This document shows positions 25,487 to 41,880 of a stretch of DNA of 64,000 bases, in pieces. A program made the translations under genes and the position numbers. Location of the stretch: positions 310,001 to 374,000 of the forward strand of contig MCFH01000016.1 in NCBI GenBank assembly GCA_002104945.1. Reading direction: 5' to 3'. The notes below the pieces were generated by a model. The model did no database searches, was not told the origin of the DNA, and was given only the letters and a program-made list of their open reading frames with translations. Every line of letters starts with the position of its first letter. The stretch's first letter is position 1. The stretch is from Piromyces finnis finn. Taxonomy: Eukaryota; Fungi; Neocallimastigomycota.

Positions 25487-27427
25487 TTAAATATTTTGCT
25501 TTAATTGTTGAATATTTTCACTCTTGTAATGGAATAATGATTCTGATCTTAAAACACCTTCTAAGAATATATGTGATGAACGGTTTTTAGGCATATTATA
25601 ACCTTCAATAGAATATTGGAGTAATGATATCCAATCATCAAATGGTTCAATTGGTTGTTTAGATTTTGATTTTTTTGTTTTTGGTTTTGGTTTTGGGAGT
25701 ATTGGCAAAAACATTACAAAATTATTTAAGGAAGGTAATCTTCTAACTAAACCTCTTATATCATCTGATGTAATATTTTTGTCAACAAAACAATTAATAG
25801 AAAATAAATTCTGTGGAAGAACTTTTAACGAGTTCTTTCCTAATGACCAAAAGCAATATTCAATATCAAGAACGCATAAGTTTGGACATGATTTTATTAT
25901 TTCTGACATTTCATTATCATTTATTGGATTATAGCATAACTTTAAAACCTTTAATTTTGGTAATTTTTTAAAGCATTCTGCTAAATCATTTGAATTATAA
26001 TCATATGTTGTTTTATTTTCCATATATAAGAAATTTTTACGTTTATTATCAAATGAAAATTTTAAAAGGTTTTCACAATAGTCGGCAATATTTTGGAAAG
26101 TTTTTCTTGTTATTCCATCTTCATGTAATTCTATTATTTCTTCAGTATTTTCATTAATAGCTGTTTTTGGTTGATTTGTTGTTGTTGGACTTGAACATGT
26201 TAAACTTAATTTTTTCTCAAATGCATCTGTTGCATTTATATCTCTACAATCTATAATTTCTAAAGTTTTTAATTTTTTATTATTATTTCTTAAAAACATT
26301 TCCATAATTTCATCATTATTATTTAAACATCCAAGGGTTAATTCTTCTAATTTATTACAAACCTTTGCAAATTGCATTAATGATTCAGCAGATATTTCAT
26401 GACCAGAAAAAATAGTTAAAACGACTAAATGGTTCATATAACTTGATATTTGATTAGTAATATCGATAGGGTATTGTCTTGCTAATACACTAGGACGACG
26501 ATCAACGGCTTCAACTAAATCAGGATTTGGTTTTGCTCCAGTTTCAGGATTTATACTATTTGAACATAAAAATCTAGCACCACGTATGTTGGTTTCAATT
26601 AAATCGATATTTAATCCAAACTTTAAACTTAAAAGTTTTTCGGATTTCATTTGTTTTAATGCATCTAAAATAGATTTTCCGGTTTTACATGATGTATTTA
26701 CAAGATTTAAAGAATTAATTTGTGAACAACTATTCAAAAAGGTATCAAGAATTAATTTTCCTAGATCTCTTGTTCCTTGGAAATTAATATCCGTTATATT
26801 GGGACAACATAAAGCTATAGTTTTCGCAAATAATGCCGTATTATAAAATCTCACATTTAATAATAAAACTTTCTCAGCGTTGGCACCACATCTTTCTAAA
26901 ACCTTCATTGTTGTATCATCCCATATATCCATGTTTTCACCATTTAAAATTTTAACATATGTGTGATATTCAAACATTGGTGGGTATTTATTATTTTCTG
27001 TATCAAAAACAAGTTCTGGTAGTTTATCTGGTAGTGCTTGATCAGGTGAAGTTGGTGATTCACTTTTTTCCTCCTCTGCAGCCTCTTCTGCTCCACCTTT
27101 TCTAACCCTCTTTTTTTTCTTTTTTTTTGTCTCTTTAATATTATCACCTGTATGTAATGGTCCTTCTGTAACTTTTATTTGCAATATTTTTGCTATTTCT
27201 AATGATTTTTTTTTTAATGGAATCATTTCCCATAAAAAGGGAACAACCGCTGCAGCAAATGCTTTATTCATATATAAACATATCATTTGTTCTCTTCTAG
27301 ACATATAACTAACTAAGCATGTTAATATTTTTGAATCTTGTGGTATTGATTTTCTATTTGGGTCTTTAACATATTTTTGTGGTATAACTTCAACATCTGT
27401 TTTCTGTTTTCTCCCCATTCTGATCAT
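25487..27427 (-). CDS. F-box-like/RNI-type leucine-rich repeat protein (FBXL-like), intronless
   Basis: 646-aa ORF. N-terminal F-box-like segment (IPQDSKILTCLVSYMSRREQMICLYMNKAFAAAVVPFLW) and cysteine-containing LRRs (CPNITDINF, CNKLEELTL, LPKLKVLKLCYN, CPNLCVLDIEYC). Confidence 0.75.
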   Translation of the reverse strand: MIRMGRKQKTDVEVIPQKYVKDPNRKSIPQDSKILTCLVSYMSRREQMICLYMNKAFAAAVVPFLWEMIPLKKKSLEIAKILQIKVTEGPLHTGDNIKETKKKKKKRVRKGGAEEAAEEEKSESPTSPDQALPDKLPELVFDTENNKYPPMFEYHTYVKILNGENMDIWDDTTMKVLERCGANAEKVLLLNVRFYNTALFAKTIALCCPNITDINFQGTRDLGKLILDTFLNSCSQINSLNLVNTSCKTGKSILDALKQMKSEKLLSLKFGLNIDLIETNIRGARFLCSNSINPETGAKPNPDLVEAVDRRPSVLARQYPIDITNQISSYMNHLVVLTIFSGHEISAESLMQFAKVCNKLEELTLGCLNNNDEIMEMFLRNNNKKLKTLEIIDCRDINATDAFEKKLSLTCSSPTTTNQPKTAINENTEEIIELHEDGITRKTFQNIADYCENLLKFSFDNKRKNFLYMENKTTYDYNSNDLAECFKKLPKLKVLKLCYNPINDNEMSEIIKSCPNLCVLDIEYCFWSLGKNSLKVLPQNLFSINCFVDKNITSDDIRGLVRRLPSLNNFVMFLPILPKPKPKTKKSKSKQPIEPFDDWISLLQYSIEGYNMPKNRSSHIFLEGVLRSESLFHYKSENIQQLKQNI

Positions 27428-28321
27428 TTTTATTATTTATATTTTATGATAAAAATTAATGTATATTGCAAAGATTTTTATTATTATCTTCTTATCCAAA
27501 AATCTTTAATTTTTTTTTCAACAATTTAAAATTTACATCAAGAGCAATATATATAAAAAAAATAAAATATATATATATATGTATAAATAATTTTTGTCTT
27601 TAGAATATTGTATTCTTTTAAATATAATAAATATAATATATAGAAAACACAATTACTTTTAATTTTTATTATTTTATTATATAAAAAGGGAACCTGAAAA
27701 ATCCTTTCTATTATAATTTTAAATACAAAATAAAATAAATAAAAATAAAATAAAAAGAATAAAAAAAATAAAATTACTAAAAAAGATTAACAAGAAAAAG
27801 CATTATTTTTAGGATAAAAATGAATTAGATATAATTATGAATAATTAAAGTAACATTTAAATAAATTGGATTATACTAAAGTTAATTACTATCGAAATTA
27901 ATGAAATTATAATAATTATTTTTTATAAATTACTAAAAATATAACTTTTAAAATAAAAAAAAAACTTAATACTTATTATTTTTACATATATAAATTCAAT
28001 TAATCTAAAAATAATTTATAAATTAAAATTAAGTATCATTCTAATCCAATATTAATTTTAAGTAAAAATTATTTTTAAAAACTTAAATTTTACATATAAA
28101 AAATTGCTTGTATTTTAATATTTATAATATAGACTTTATAATAAAAACTTAAGAATTATTTATATGTTAATTCTTTTTTTTTTATGAATATTATAATAAT
28201 ATATACTAGTTTAATGATTAAATAAGAATTTTATATTTCATATAACATTAAATAGTTTCAAAATAATAAGAATTTTAAAAGTTTATTATAATTAAATAAT
28301 TTGATGCTAGTATCATTACAA

Positions 28322-28420
28322 TTATTATTATTTATTAATATTATTGTTATTATTTATTATTATTATTATTATTGTTGTTGTTGTTGTTGTTATTTATTAT
28401 TATTATTATTATTATTATAA
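28322..28420. repeat. Imperfect (ATT)n/(GTT)n microsatellite
   Basis: Directly visible triplet repeats in the intergenic region. Confidence 0.8.
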
Positions 28421-28801
28421 TTAAAAGTAACTATCATCATTATCTTTATTTTATTTTTTATTATTAATGTTATTAAACTTTTTCATTTTTACTCTTTATT
28501 TTAAATGATTATTTATTAAAAATTATAATATATAAAATTTTAATTTATTTATAAAAAAAACTATTGGATAAAATAGTTAATATAATTATGGATATTCGTA
28601 TTGAATTGTATTTAATATTTACACTTATTCTTTTAATTAATATTTGTTATATGAAAGGATAATTGTATATTATAAAAAATATTTAACAATTATATATAAA
28701 AAAAAAAGAAATATTAGAAAGTTACTCTTTTTTTTTTTTTATTTAATTAGTCATTTATTTATATTAAGTAATAATAAATTTTTATCTACTCATATTTTCT
28801 T

Positions 28802-31672
<2,871 letters not shown>

Positions 31673-32132
31673 AAATAATAATTAAATATTAAATATTTTT
31701 ATAATAAATTATTATAGCAAATTATTTTAGATAAATATTTATTATCATTAAATGTACCATATTTATAACATATAATTAAATAAAATAAATGAAATTTTAA
31801 ATAATAAGATAATTTTATATTATTAGATTTCGAAAAAAAAAAAGTTTATATATTTTAATTCATAAAAATTTTACCAACCATCCAAATATATAAAGTTTTT
31901 AAAATTTTATATATTATTATTATTACTATTCTTAAAATATGAATATTATTAAAATGATACAAAATGAAAAAAATAATTTATATTCCATATAATATTTATT
32001 CATATATAAAATAAAGTATTAAGAGAATAAAATATATAACTAAAATCTTAAATTTTTCATTAATTTAAAAAATAAAAAAAAGAAATTTAAAAAAAGATTT
32101 ACTATATAATTACAATAAACTATATTGAAGTG

Positions 32133-33332
32133 ATGAATAACCAAAAAATACTAAATGGTGAAAACAAAATTTCACCATTAGTGAATAAAATATCTACTCA
32201 GCAAAGTCCAATTTCTCCTTTTAAAATAATTAATAATAATGAGCAATCCCCATTTACAGTTGAGCAAACTGCTAATTGTAGATTAACAGAACCGCAATCT
32301 CCTTTTAAGATAGAAACTAATAATAATAAGTTCATTAAAAGGCAAGATACAAAAGGTACCAATTTGAAAATTACAACCTTTAACCAAAAATCACCGATAA
32401 ATGATCATATTGTACCTATTTCACCATTTAATATAGGTAGTCCTAATAAAAATTTTCCATGTCCAAAGACTTCACAACCATTAACCTCTAAAGGAAATCA
32501 AATTTTTTCGGCACAAGTAGTAGATATGCCAATTATTCCGCAAGCAGATACTTATAATCAATCAAATAGAACGAGTTGGGTTACAACAACCTCCACAATT
32601 AATAGTGCTTCACCGGCATTTTATGATGTAAAAAGAGAATTAAATATGTCTAATATTAATTCTATGGTATCTAATGTTAGAAAAGGACAAGAATCTAATA
32701 TTATTGATAAAATATTATTTGATACCCAATACAGTGGGATGGTAGATCAGAAATATGAAAAAGAATTAGTAAGACATAATTGCAAAAACGATACATTATA
32801 TAAATGTTTTTCAAGGTCATCCAGTGGTATATTTTCTTTCAAATCACCAGACACTTATCCAAATACAAATTCATTTTATTATATTGATGTAGGAAATGAA
32901 ATTGGTACTTCAATTCTTCGTATGAACAAAGATAAAGATAGCTATATAAAAACACAAGAAAATATGTATCAAAATAAAAGCCCTAATTCAAATAATTCAC
33001 CTATGAATGATAAAGAAAGTACATTTAATGTAATGAAAGGTTCAAACACTATAAATCCACCAGTAAATTATTCAAGTAAATCTTATTCTTCAAGCCAAGC
33101 CAATCAAAATAATAATTCAAAGATAACTTCAACTTTTTCTTATGATGCTGAATATTTATTATGGAGAGAAACTGTTATAGATATTTTAAAAAGTAATATT
33201 ACAGAATCAGAAAATTATGGAAATAATAGAGTAGATTTGTATTATAAAAATATTAATAACGAAAACCAAGTTGATTATACATTAAAAATGCCAATTGAAT
33301 TATTAACTCTTTTAAATACAAAGATAAAATAA
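32133..33332 (+). CDS. Intronless low-complexity hypothetical protein with clustered Ser-Pro motifs
   Basis: 400-codon ORF in DNA where random frames close within tens of codons. Repeated SPF(K/T/N) motifs at the N-terminus. Confidence 0.75.
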   Translation: MNNQKILNGENKISPLVNKISTQQSPISPFKIINNNEQSPFTVEQTANCRLTEPQSPFKIETNNNKFIKRQDTKGTNLKITTFNQKSPINDHIVPISPFNIGSPNKNFPCPKTSQPLTSKGNQIFSAQVVDMPIIPQADTYNQSNRTSWVTTTSTINSASPAFYDVKRELNMSNINSMVSNVRKGQESNIIDKILFDTQYSGMVDQKYEKELVRHNCKNDTLYKCFSRSSSGIFSFKSPDTYPNTNSFYYIDVGNEIGTSILRMNKDKDSYIKTQENMYQNKSPNSNNSPMNDKESTFNVMKGSNTINPPVNYSSKSYSSSQANQNNNSKITSTFSYDAEYLLWRETVIDILKSNITESENYGNNRVDLYYKNINNENQVDYTLKMPIELLTLLNTKIK

Positions 33333-33808
33333 AATTAATAATGTACATTTGTTTATATTAATATTTATTACATCAAAATAAATAATAAAAATTTATAAAA
33401 ATAAAATTATGATAAACAATAAATGAATTATATATATAAATATTTACTCTTTTATATGTTTAATACTGTAATTTCATTAATATTTTTTTTAAAAAATGAA
33501 AGTTTAATATTATTATCATTGGAATGGAATTTCATTTTGAAAAAATAATATCGAAATGTATTTTCTATTTATTTTATTAAATTAATACTAGTATTTATTT
33601 TTTATTTTTTATTTTTCTTTTTTTCTTTTTCTTTCTTTCTTTTTTTTTTTTTTTTTTCTATCATTAAATTGTATTATTATATATAATAATAAATAATATT
33701 ATTAAAAAATTAATAAATAAATATATTTATAAATCGTAATTTTATATTTTACAATATTTATATTTATTTATTTATTTCTTGTAAGAAATTATATTATTGA
33801 TTATGAAT

Positions 33809-34755
33809 TTATTTGTATTTAACATTTTCTCTTCTAGCTTGCTTTTTTTGTTGTGTTTTAGATAAAACTTGTTCTGGAGATGGGTTTTGAGAAGTTGAAG
33901 CCCTTAAAATTGGTAAAATTACGCTGGCAATGACTATAAAATAAAAGAAATGAAAATAACAATAATAATAATTTTTAATTAAAAATAAAATTAAGAATTT
34001 ATAATCTTTAAAATATATTATACTTTTATAAACAGCATATAATGGAATAACAATTAAGAACCACCAATAGAAATCACTGAAAGCTGTTGTGAAAGTTACG
34101 AAACGGAAGATGAAAACAATATCAAATAAATAGCTAAATTATTCAATCAAAAATTAATATAATTTAATAATAACAATAAATAAATAAAATATCATTAATA
34201 TATAACTAATAACTTAAAATTAATTATTTACCTTACAACGTTACCATTATCATTGAAATTAACACCTAAAAAAATAATTCAATCAATATTTCCCCTTTAT
34301 TTCAATATAAATATAACATTAAAAATACTAATAAAATATTTACCGGCATATTGAACAGATGGATTAGCTCCTTTAACAAATGCCATTTTCTTCATTAATA
34401 AAATCAATATAACAGTAGTAACTTGCATTGCAATAAAACCATAAATAAATTTTGCTTTAATTGTATCACGTCTAAAAGTTAACCTTATAAGAAGGTAAAA
34501 TACAGCAACAACAATTGTAAGCATCCATTGCTTCTTTAATACTTCTTTGTTATATGCTGAAATTCTCTTATCAGATTGATTAGCCTTTTTATAATAAATT
34601 ATTAATAATTCAAAAATTATTATATTAAATAAGATTAACATTCATTTTATTGTTTTAATATTATGTAATAAAAAAAAAGGTAAATGGATATAATAATACA
34701 AATTCATTATTATTTTTTATTTTATTTATTTATTTATTTAAAAATATTATACCAT
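33809..34755 (-). CDS. SND2: SRP-independent targeting protein SND2/TMEM208 (DUF788), multi-exon
   Basis: MANQSDKRISAYNKEVLK..., two TM helices, then AG.DLNDNG...YLFDIVFI, SDFYWWFLIVIPLYAVYK and a basic tail SKTQQKKQARR. These match the recalled DUF788 pattern. Confidence 0.82.
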
Positions 34756-35143
34756 TTTAATTCTACTGAATTTTTTTCTTTTCTTTTTTCTTTTCTTTTT
34801 TTTTTTTTATTTTTATTATTATTATTTGTTTTGTTTTGTTTTGTTTTATAACACTATCTATATTTTTAATTTAATTATTTTATTATTTTTGTTTATCCAA
34901 AATAAATATACTATGATCTTTAATACTATTGGCTAAAAAAAATAATTATTAAAAATGATTATATTTTAACTAAATTATTATATTGCTATTTATATGCTTA
35001 TAAAAATGCACATTTTATTTAAATTTTATTTATTTTTTTATTTTATTTAAAAAATGATAATTATTAACATTTGTTCTTATTATTTTTATTCATTCTTTTT
35101 TTTTCTTATTATTATTAGTAGATTAATTTAGAAAAGAAATTTT

Positions 35144-38100
35144 TTATTCAGCTTCTTGGTAAGTAGCTCTACGCATTTCTGCTAATCTTTGACGAGCAGT
35201 ATTCAAATCTCTTTCTAATTCTAAAATTAATACTTGTTGTTCCATCTCCTTAACCTTCAATTCATGATAAGCCATATTTCTAATGTCAGCAAAGTTATCT
35301 TCTTCTGATTTCTTAGAAGCTTCTTTAGCAGCTTTAACCAAGGCTTGAGTTGCTTTACGAACAGCAACACTAGCCATTTCCAATTTATCTTGAGTTTTAC
35401 TGAAGGAAACTGCTTTAACACGACTTGCAGCTACTAATTGTGTGGTGGCAGCTGATACCTCAGTAGCGGCAACGACTAATTGTTCAATTTTATGTGTTCC
35501 ACTGATAACACCATCTGCAGCTTCTACTAAATAGTTTGTTGCAATAGCAACAGATTTTGCAGCAGAAATTAAACCTTCAGTCCATCTATTATTCTTTTTA
35601 TAGAAAGCACTATTGGTAGCTGTTCCACGACCTTCAGCAACAATTTCTTTTTGAGCAGCTGTTGCACATTTAATGAGATTTGCAATTGCATTTGTAATAG
35701 CCATAACGGATTCAAGAATAACATCGTGAACTTGAGTTTGAGCTAAATTCAATGATGGTTCCTTTGGCTTTTTCATTAATTCATTCAAACGAGAAACAGC
35801 ATCCTCAATAACACGAGCTGCATTCATCATTTCTCTTTCAACAACATCACCAATATCATCTTCATTAGCTGTATTAGAAATTGATGAAATATCCTTAGGA
35901 ACTAACTTTTCAACTAATTGGTTTAATTCAGCAAGATTATCTTGAATTTGACGAGTTGATCCTATAATTAAATCGGATTTTTGAGTTGGTTGTAATTGAT
36001 TTAAAGAGGTTGATTTAATTTTTTCAAAGAATTCTTGTGAATTCTTTGCAATTTTTCTTACTGTATCTAAAATACGTTCTGAACTAGTATCATCTGCTGA
36101 CAAACGAACAACACCCTTACAATTATTCATTAAATCAATTAAAGAATGAGAATAATTATTACTAGTATTAATTGGTTCAGTTTGATCACCACCCTAATAA
36201 AAATTATACATATAAAAATATTATTGTTAAAATTGAATTTAAATATAGGACCATTATTTAAATTAGTATTTAAATTTTAACTTACTTGAAGATATCTTAT
36301 GAAGCTTTGACCAAATTCAGAAAGTGATGATTGAACTTTTTCATTGACACTTAAAACATATTCGGCGGTAACACTTTGATTTCCAAGAAGATTTGGTGAG
36401 TCAAATTCGAATAATCCGTCTGATATTCTGATTTTACAAGAATTTAAAATACTATCTGTAAATATAAATAATAAATTTTTATCAATATATTGATCATTTT
36501 TGAATAAAATGTTTTTTGTGTCAATTATATAATTTATTATAAAAAATATAATATATTATTTATATTATAATATTTATAATTATTGTATATCTATATATAA
36601 ATACCCATAATTTTTTGAAGAGTTAAAATATGATTTTCTTTTAAATCTTGAATTTCCTTTGCTAAACCACCTTCTGATTCTTGTGAAGTCTATTAAAAAA
36701 AAAAAAATTTTTTTTAATAATATTCAAACATTATATTATTAATAATCAATATACTCCTTACCTTTTGCATTTGAGCTAAAGCTAATAAAGTTTGGTCCAT
36801 ACCACTTTTTAAAACCAAAATTTCTTCATCCTTAGCCTTAATTAATTATGAATTATATCATATATATTAATAAATAATAATAAATAAATAAACAATAATT
36901 AATATGTAAAAAAATATTACATTTTGAGAACGTTCAGCTTCAGCAATGTAAGTATTCATCTTATTTCTATAATCTTCAAGTTCAACTTGCTTTATCTTAT
37001 ACACATTAAATATATTATTATATTATAGATTAATCACAATTATTTATAGCATAAATAAATTTATTAAAATGTCTATATATTTTTACTCTTAAGTTTCTTT
37101 CAAGTTCTTCTTTTTCTCTAGTAAAGTTTGCAAGCATGGTTTCAAACTCTGCACCTTTGGTCTATATATTTTATTTAAATAATTAATGTTTTATTAAAAA
37201 GGTTATATTTTTATTTGTAATTTACCTTTCCAAGTTCCAATAATTGATTCTTTGAATCAGCAACTTCTCTTCTTAATTGATTCATTTCTTCATATTGTTG
37301 CTATTTTATTAAAGTATAATTAGTATTAAGCATCTTTTATTTATTATATTATAATAATAATAATAACCTTTTTAATCTTATTAATTTCTTCTTGTAAGTT
37401 TTCTTTTTCTCTTGTAACTTCAGCAACAGCAAATTCCTTAGCCTTTTAAATATCAATTATATATATTAATAAATAATATTTTTATACAAAAAATTATTTA
37501 TTTTAATAATTTATTTAATTTTAATATTACTCTTGCTTCAGCCTTAGCTGCTTCGACTTCAAGTAAATACTTTTGCTTTAATGTATTTTCTGATTGTTGT
37601 AAAGTTTTTAATTTTCCTAATAAATCAAGATGTTCTTTTCTTAATTGAGCATATTGCTTAGCTAAAACTTCATATCTTTGTTTCAATTGATTTAATTGTT
37701 GTTCAAGAGTTTGAATATAAGTATCTTTAGCACTATCTTGTTGTCTTGCAAGAGATAATTGTTGCATTTGTTGTTCCATAAATTGTATTCTCTTTATTAA
37801 ATATATGTTATTTTATTGTTTAATGTAATATTATAAAATAAATGAAATAAATTATATTAAAAGCAACATTAACACGTACCTTTTCAGCTTGGTCAATAGT
37901 AATTTTATCCCTTTCAGCTAAGTGTTTAAATTGAACAAGTTGACTTTCTAATTCAGCAACACGACCTTGTTGCTGCATTTGAATTTGCTGTTGAAGAAAC
38001 TGTCTTTCTTGTTCCTAATTTATAATATATTAATATATAAACCTTAAAAAATATATAAATATAATAGATTTTATATATATTAATTACTTGTTGAATTTGT

Positions 38101-39742
38101 CTTATTCTTTCTTGTTCTTGTTGTTGCTGTTGTAACATTAATAAACGCTCTTGTTCTTGTTGACGTATAATTAATTCTTGCTGTTCTCTTTGCTTTTGTT
38201 GAAGTAAGTAACGTTGTTGTTGTTCAATTAATTGTTGGTTTTGAATTTCGATTGATGTTGATTTTGTCATGGTCCAAATATCCTGTTATAATTTATTTAA
38301 AATAATATAAATATAATATTATATTGTTAAAAGACAGAAACTATAAAAGAATTATTTTTAATATTTATTACTTGATTTTGTGGGATAACTTCAGCTGGTT
38401 TTGGAGTAACTGGAGATATTGCTTTAACTTGTTCTTCCACAAATTGTGGTGGATCTAATTGTAATTGTGGAACATCAACTAAACTTACTAAATATGGAAT
38501 AGATCTGGCATTATCATAGAACTTTAATAATTTGTAATGTAACTCCTTAAATTTATCTCTCAATGGTTTTAAAACATCTGTTGATCCAATTTCTATTTAA
38601 TTTTAAAATATTTTAAAGTACAAATTTAATCATTATTTTATTAATAAGATTACTAATGAATTAAATCAATAATTTTATTTAAAATACTTTTATGCATAGC
38701 CATTAACATTGATTGTAAAAATTTGTAAATATTATAACTTTCTTCAATTAATGGAACTAAAGCTGAAATACGACATTCGTTATTGGCAGCTGGACTAAGA
38801 TGTGATAAAATATTCTTTTGAAGATTATCAATTTTATCTAATAAAATCAATAAATCAAAAATTGATTCATATCTAATTTTATAACGAACATTGGAATTTA
38901 AATATTTATAATAACTTAATAAATAAATTTTTAAAAAATTATTAAAATGCTTTTAATTTTGCTAACCCTTCATTAGGATCTGTTACACCCTTCAAACTAA
39001 TATATTCCTCATAATCAAAATTAGCTTTAAAATCTTCATGGGTTCGATGGAAATTTAATTTTGCTGATAAAAATGTAATATAAGCTTGAATAAGTGGACT
39101 ATAACCACCTTGATAATATATATTATTATAAATTAAAAAGTTAGTATAATATACTATTTTATTATTAATTTTAAAATTTCTTTTACCTATCATTCCAGAA
39201 TTGCTGGAAGGACTGCGTGCAATACTTTCAATCCATTGGAGTTCCCTAATACCATCTTTTAAAACCTCATTAATTATATCAACAAAAAGGAAAAAAAATA
39301 AAAAATAAAAATAAAATAAAAATAAAAAATTTTAATATATTAACATTAATTATACATTATATTAAATAAAAAAAAAATAAATTTTGTGTTTGTAATAGCG
39401 GTTATAGTGAATATTATTGTTATTGTTGTTTTTAGCAATGTTAATTTATATTTTAAGATATAAGTTTTTAAAAATACTTACTGATGGATGACCATCTTTA
39501 ATAACTTTATGAATTGTAATGAGTGCTTTGAATGTTTGAACTTCATTACCATATATTGGTTGTAATTTAATACCTGTCCAAAAAGAATTAGCTGATTTAT
39601 AATCCCATGTATATACAATACATGCACGAACATGTTTTTGTTTTGGTGCAGTTTCTTCTGGACTAAGAGCTTTTTTGATATTTACAGTTAAATTATGCTC
39701 ACTTGTGTCTCTATTAGTAGTCCTAAGTGAATTTGAGTACAT
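35144..39742 (-). CDS. SLA2: Endocytic adaptor Sla2/End4 (HIP1R family): ANTH, coiled coil and I/LWEQ domains
   Basis: ANTH domain (IKKALSPEETAPKQKHVRACIVYTWDYKS; FKALITIHKV), Gln/Glu coiled coil, and talin-like I/LWEQ domain (FYKKNNRWTEGLISAAKSVA...ATTQLVAASRVKA...EQQVLILELERDLNTARQRLAEMRR). Confidence 0.95.
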
Positions 39743-40799
39743 TCTATCATTATTTAATAAAGTTAAATATTGTTATATATTGATGCATAAGAAAATATAT
39801 ATATATATAATAAATATCAATTACAATTAATAAAATTATCATTATCATATAAAGATAAAAATTTAAAAAATGAATATATATAATAATAATAAAATAAAAT
39901 ATAACATAATTCAATAAAAACATATAATTTTAAAAAATATATATTTAAATCTAATTTGACATAATTAATTATAGTTATTTATTTGGTTTTACGATATTTA
40001 AAAATATTTTAAATATTTATAATATTCATTAATAATTAAAAGAATACTTAGAAGTTCTTACTTTTTTTTATTTACTATTGCTTTTTCTTTTTTTTTTTTT
40101 TTAATTTATTAATTTTATTTATATTATTTTAATAATGTTTAATATAATAATATATAAATGTATTGTTGTATTGTTATTATATTATTATTATTAGTGCTAC
40201 TATTATTGTTTTTGTTTTAGATACTTTATTTTATTTATTATTACGAACAACAAAATCAAAATAATACTTTTCTAAGTACTATTAGGAAAATAAAATAAAA
40301 TAATGAAATTTTTAATATAAAAAATCTCAATAATTTATATTTATTAAAATTATATTAAATTAAAGATCATTTAACATTTTACCAAAAAAAATAAAAAATA
40401 AAAAAAGGTTAATCAATAAATAATAAAATAAATATATATAAAGAATTTACTTTTATTAAATTTTTGGAATGTTATTATTTCATTATTTCATATTTTATAA
40501 TATTAATTATTTAGAGTTAATATTATTATTATAATATACAATTCTTTTTAAAATATATAACATTTAAAGTACAATCTCAACAACACTAGTTTAATTTAAT
40601 AAATATACAATTTTTATTAAAAATATTTAAATAAAAAAACTTAATTATTATTTAAGGTGAAAGATTATTTAAATGAATGATAGTATTTTCTTTTATTCTT
40701 TATAATTGTAATCAACATAAATATTTGAACTACGAAGTTTCATCTATATATATATGTAATTATTTAGTATACAATATTTTTAATTTTATTTCGACTTTT

Positions 40800-41880
40800 T
40801 TAATAGTTTGCATTACCAGTTTCAATTCCTAATTCTTCCATTAATTCTTTTGGTTTTTTTGGCATATTTTCTGTAATTATATCCCAAGCATTATTAAACA
40901 TTCTTTTTCTTTTTTTCCACTCGAGTTTATTATATGCTAATGCTTTATCTATTTCATTCTGTTCTTCTTTACTTATAAGTTTGACACCAGTTGTTAGTGT
41001 GTTTAATCTCTCTTCTAAATTTTGATTCTGGTTAAAAATAAAAAATATTTATTTAATAGATAATTAAATTATTAAAATGTTATATTCTTTTATTACTTCT
41101 TCATGAATTGAATTTAATTTTTCAACAATTTCTTCATCTGTCATTGAATTATTTAGATTATTTAATTCTAATTATACAATTTAAATTTAGATATATTAAA
41201 TAAAATTAATATCCACAAAAAAAAAAAAAAAAAAAAAAAAATCATTTTTATAAATATTTTGTACATACTGCTTTTTAAAGAATTTGTTTTCGTTTTTTCT
41301 TCCTTTAATTCTTTTTGAAGTTCTTCTATTGTTTTATCTAAATTTAATAAATCTTCTGGTGAAAAATCTTCATCATCCTATATTTTTGAATAGATATTTT
41401 TGTAATTACAATTAAATATAATTTTTATAATAATAATCTTTTCGCTTATTAAATTGTTTAAAACATTACTTGAATTGCTACATAAACTTTTTGTTTTCCA
41501 TATATTTTTTCTTTAATTTTGTTTTCTTCTGAAGATTTTTGTAATATTTTTTGTACAAGTGTTTTTCCAACAACTCCATGAAGATTATTATATACATCAG
41601 CTATGTGATATAATTAGATTTTAAATAAATTAAATAATATGATAATTTGAAATAAACATATATATCATATCATATTTACCAGCTGAATATGGTCTATTTT
41701 GTTTTTTTAAGTAATTTAAAATATACTCAATAGCTTTTAAAAAAATAATTTATAATAAATTATTAAAAAGAATAAATTATTTTATATAATTTTCTTTTTT
41801 TTTTTTTTTTTTTTTCTCTTTTTTGATTATGAATTTTTTATACCTTCTGAATCTTTCAAAGTTTTTTGTGGTTTCGCCAT
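40800..41880 (-). CDS. HOP2: Meiotic recombination factor Hop2 (TBPIP/PSMC3IP), multi-exon
   Basis: Spliced product MAKPQKTLKDSEAIEYILNYLKKQNRPYSAADVYNNLHGVVGKTLVQKIL...KIYGKQKVYVAIQ, a coiled coil, then EWKKRKRMFNNAWDIITENMP...EELGIE. This carries the Hop2 winged-helix and C-terminal signatures. Confidence 0.9.

Noticed and set aside
27470-27507. 10-bp inverted repeat AAAGATTTTT...AAAAATCTTT upstream of the F-box gene
   Set aside because: Short and almost all A/T, so expected by chance at this base composition.
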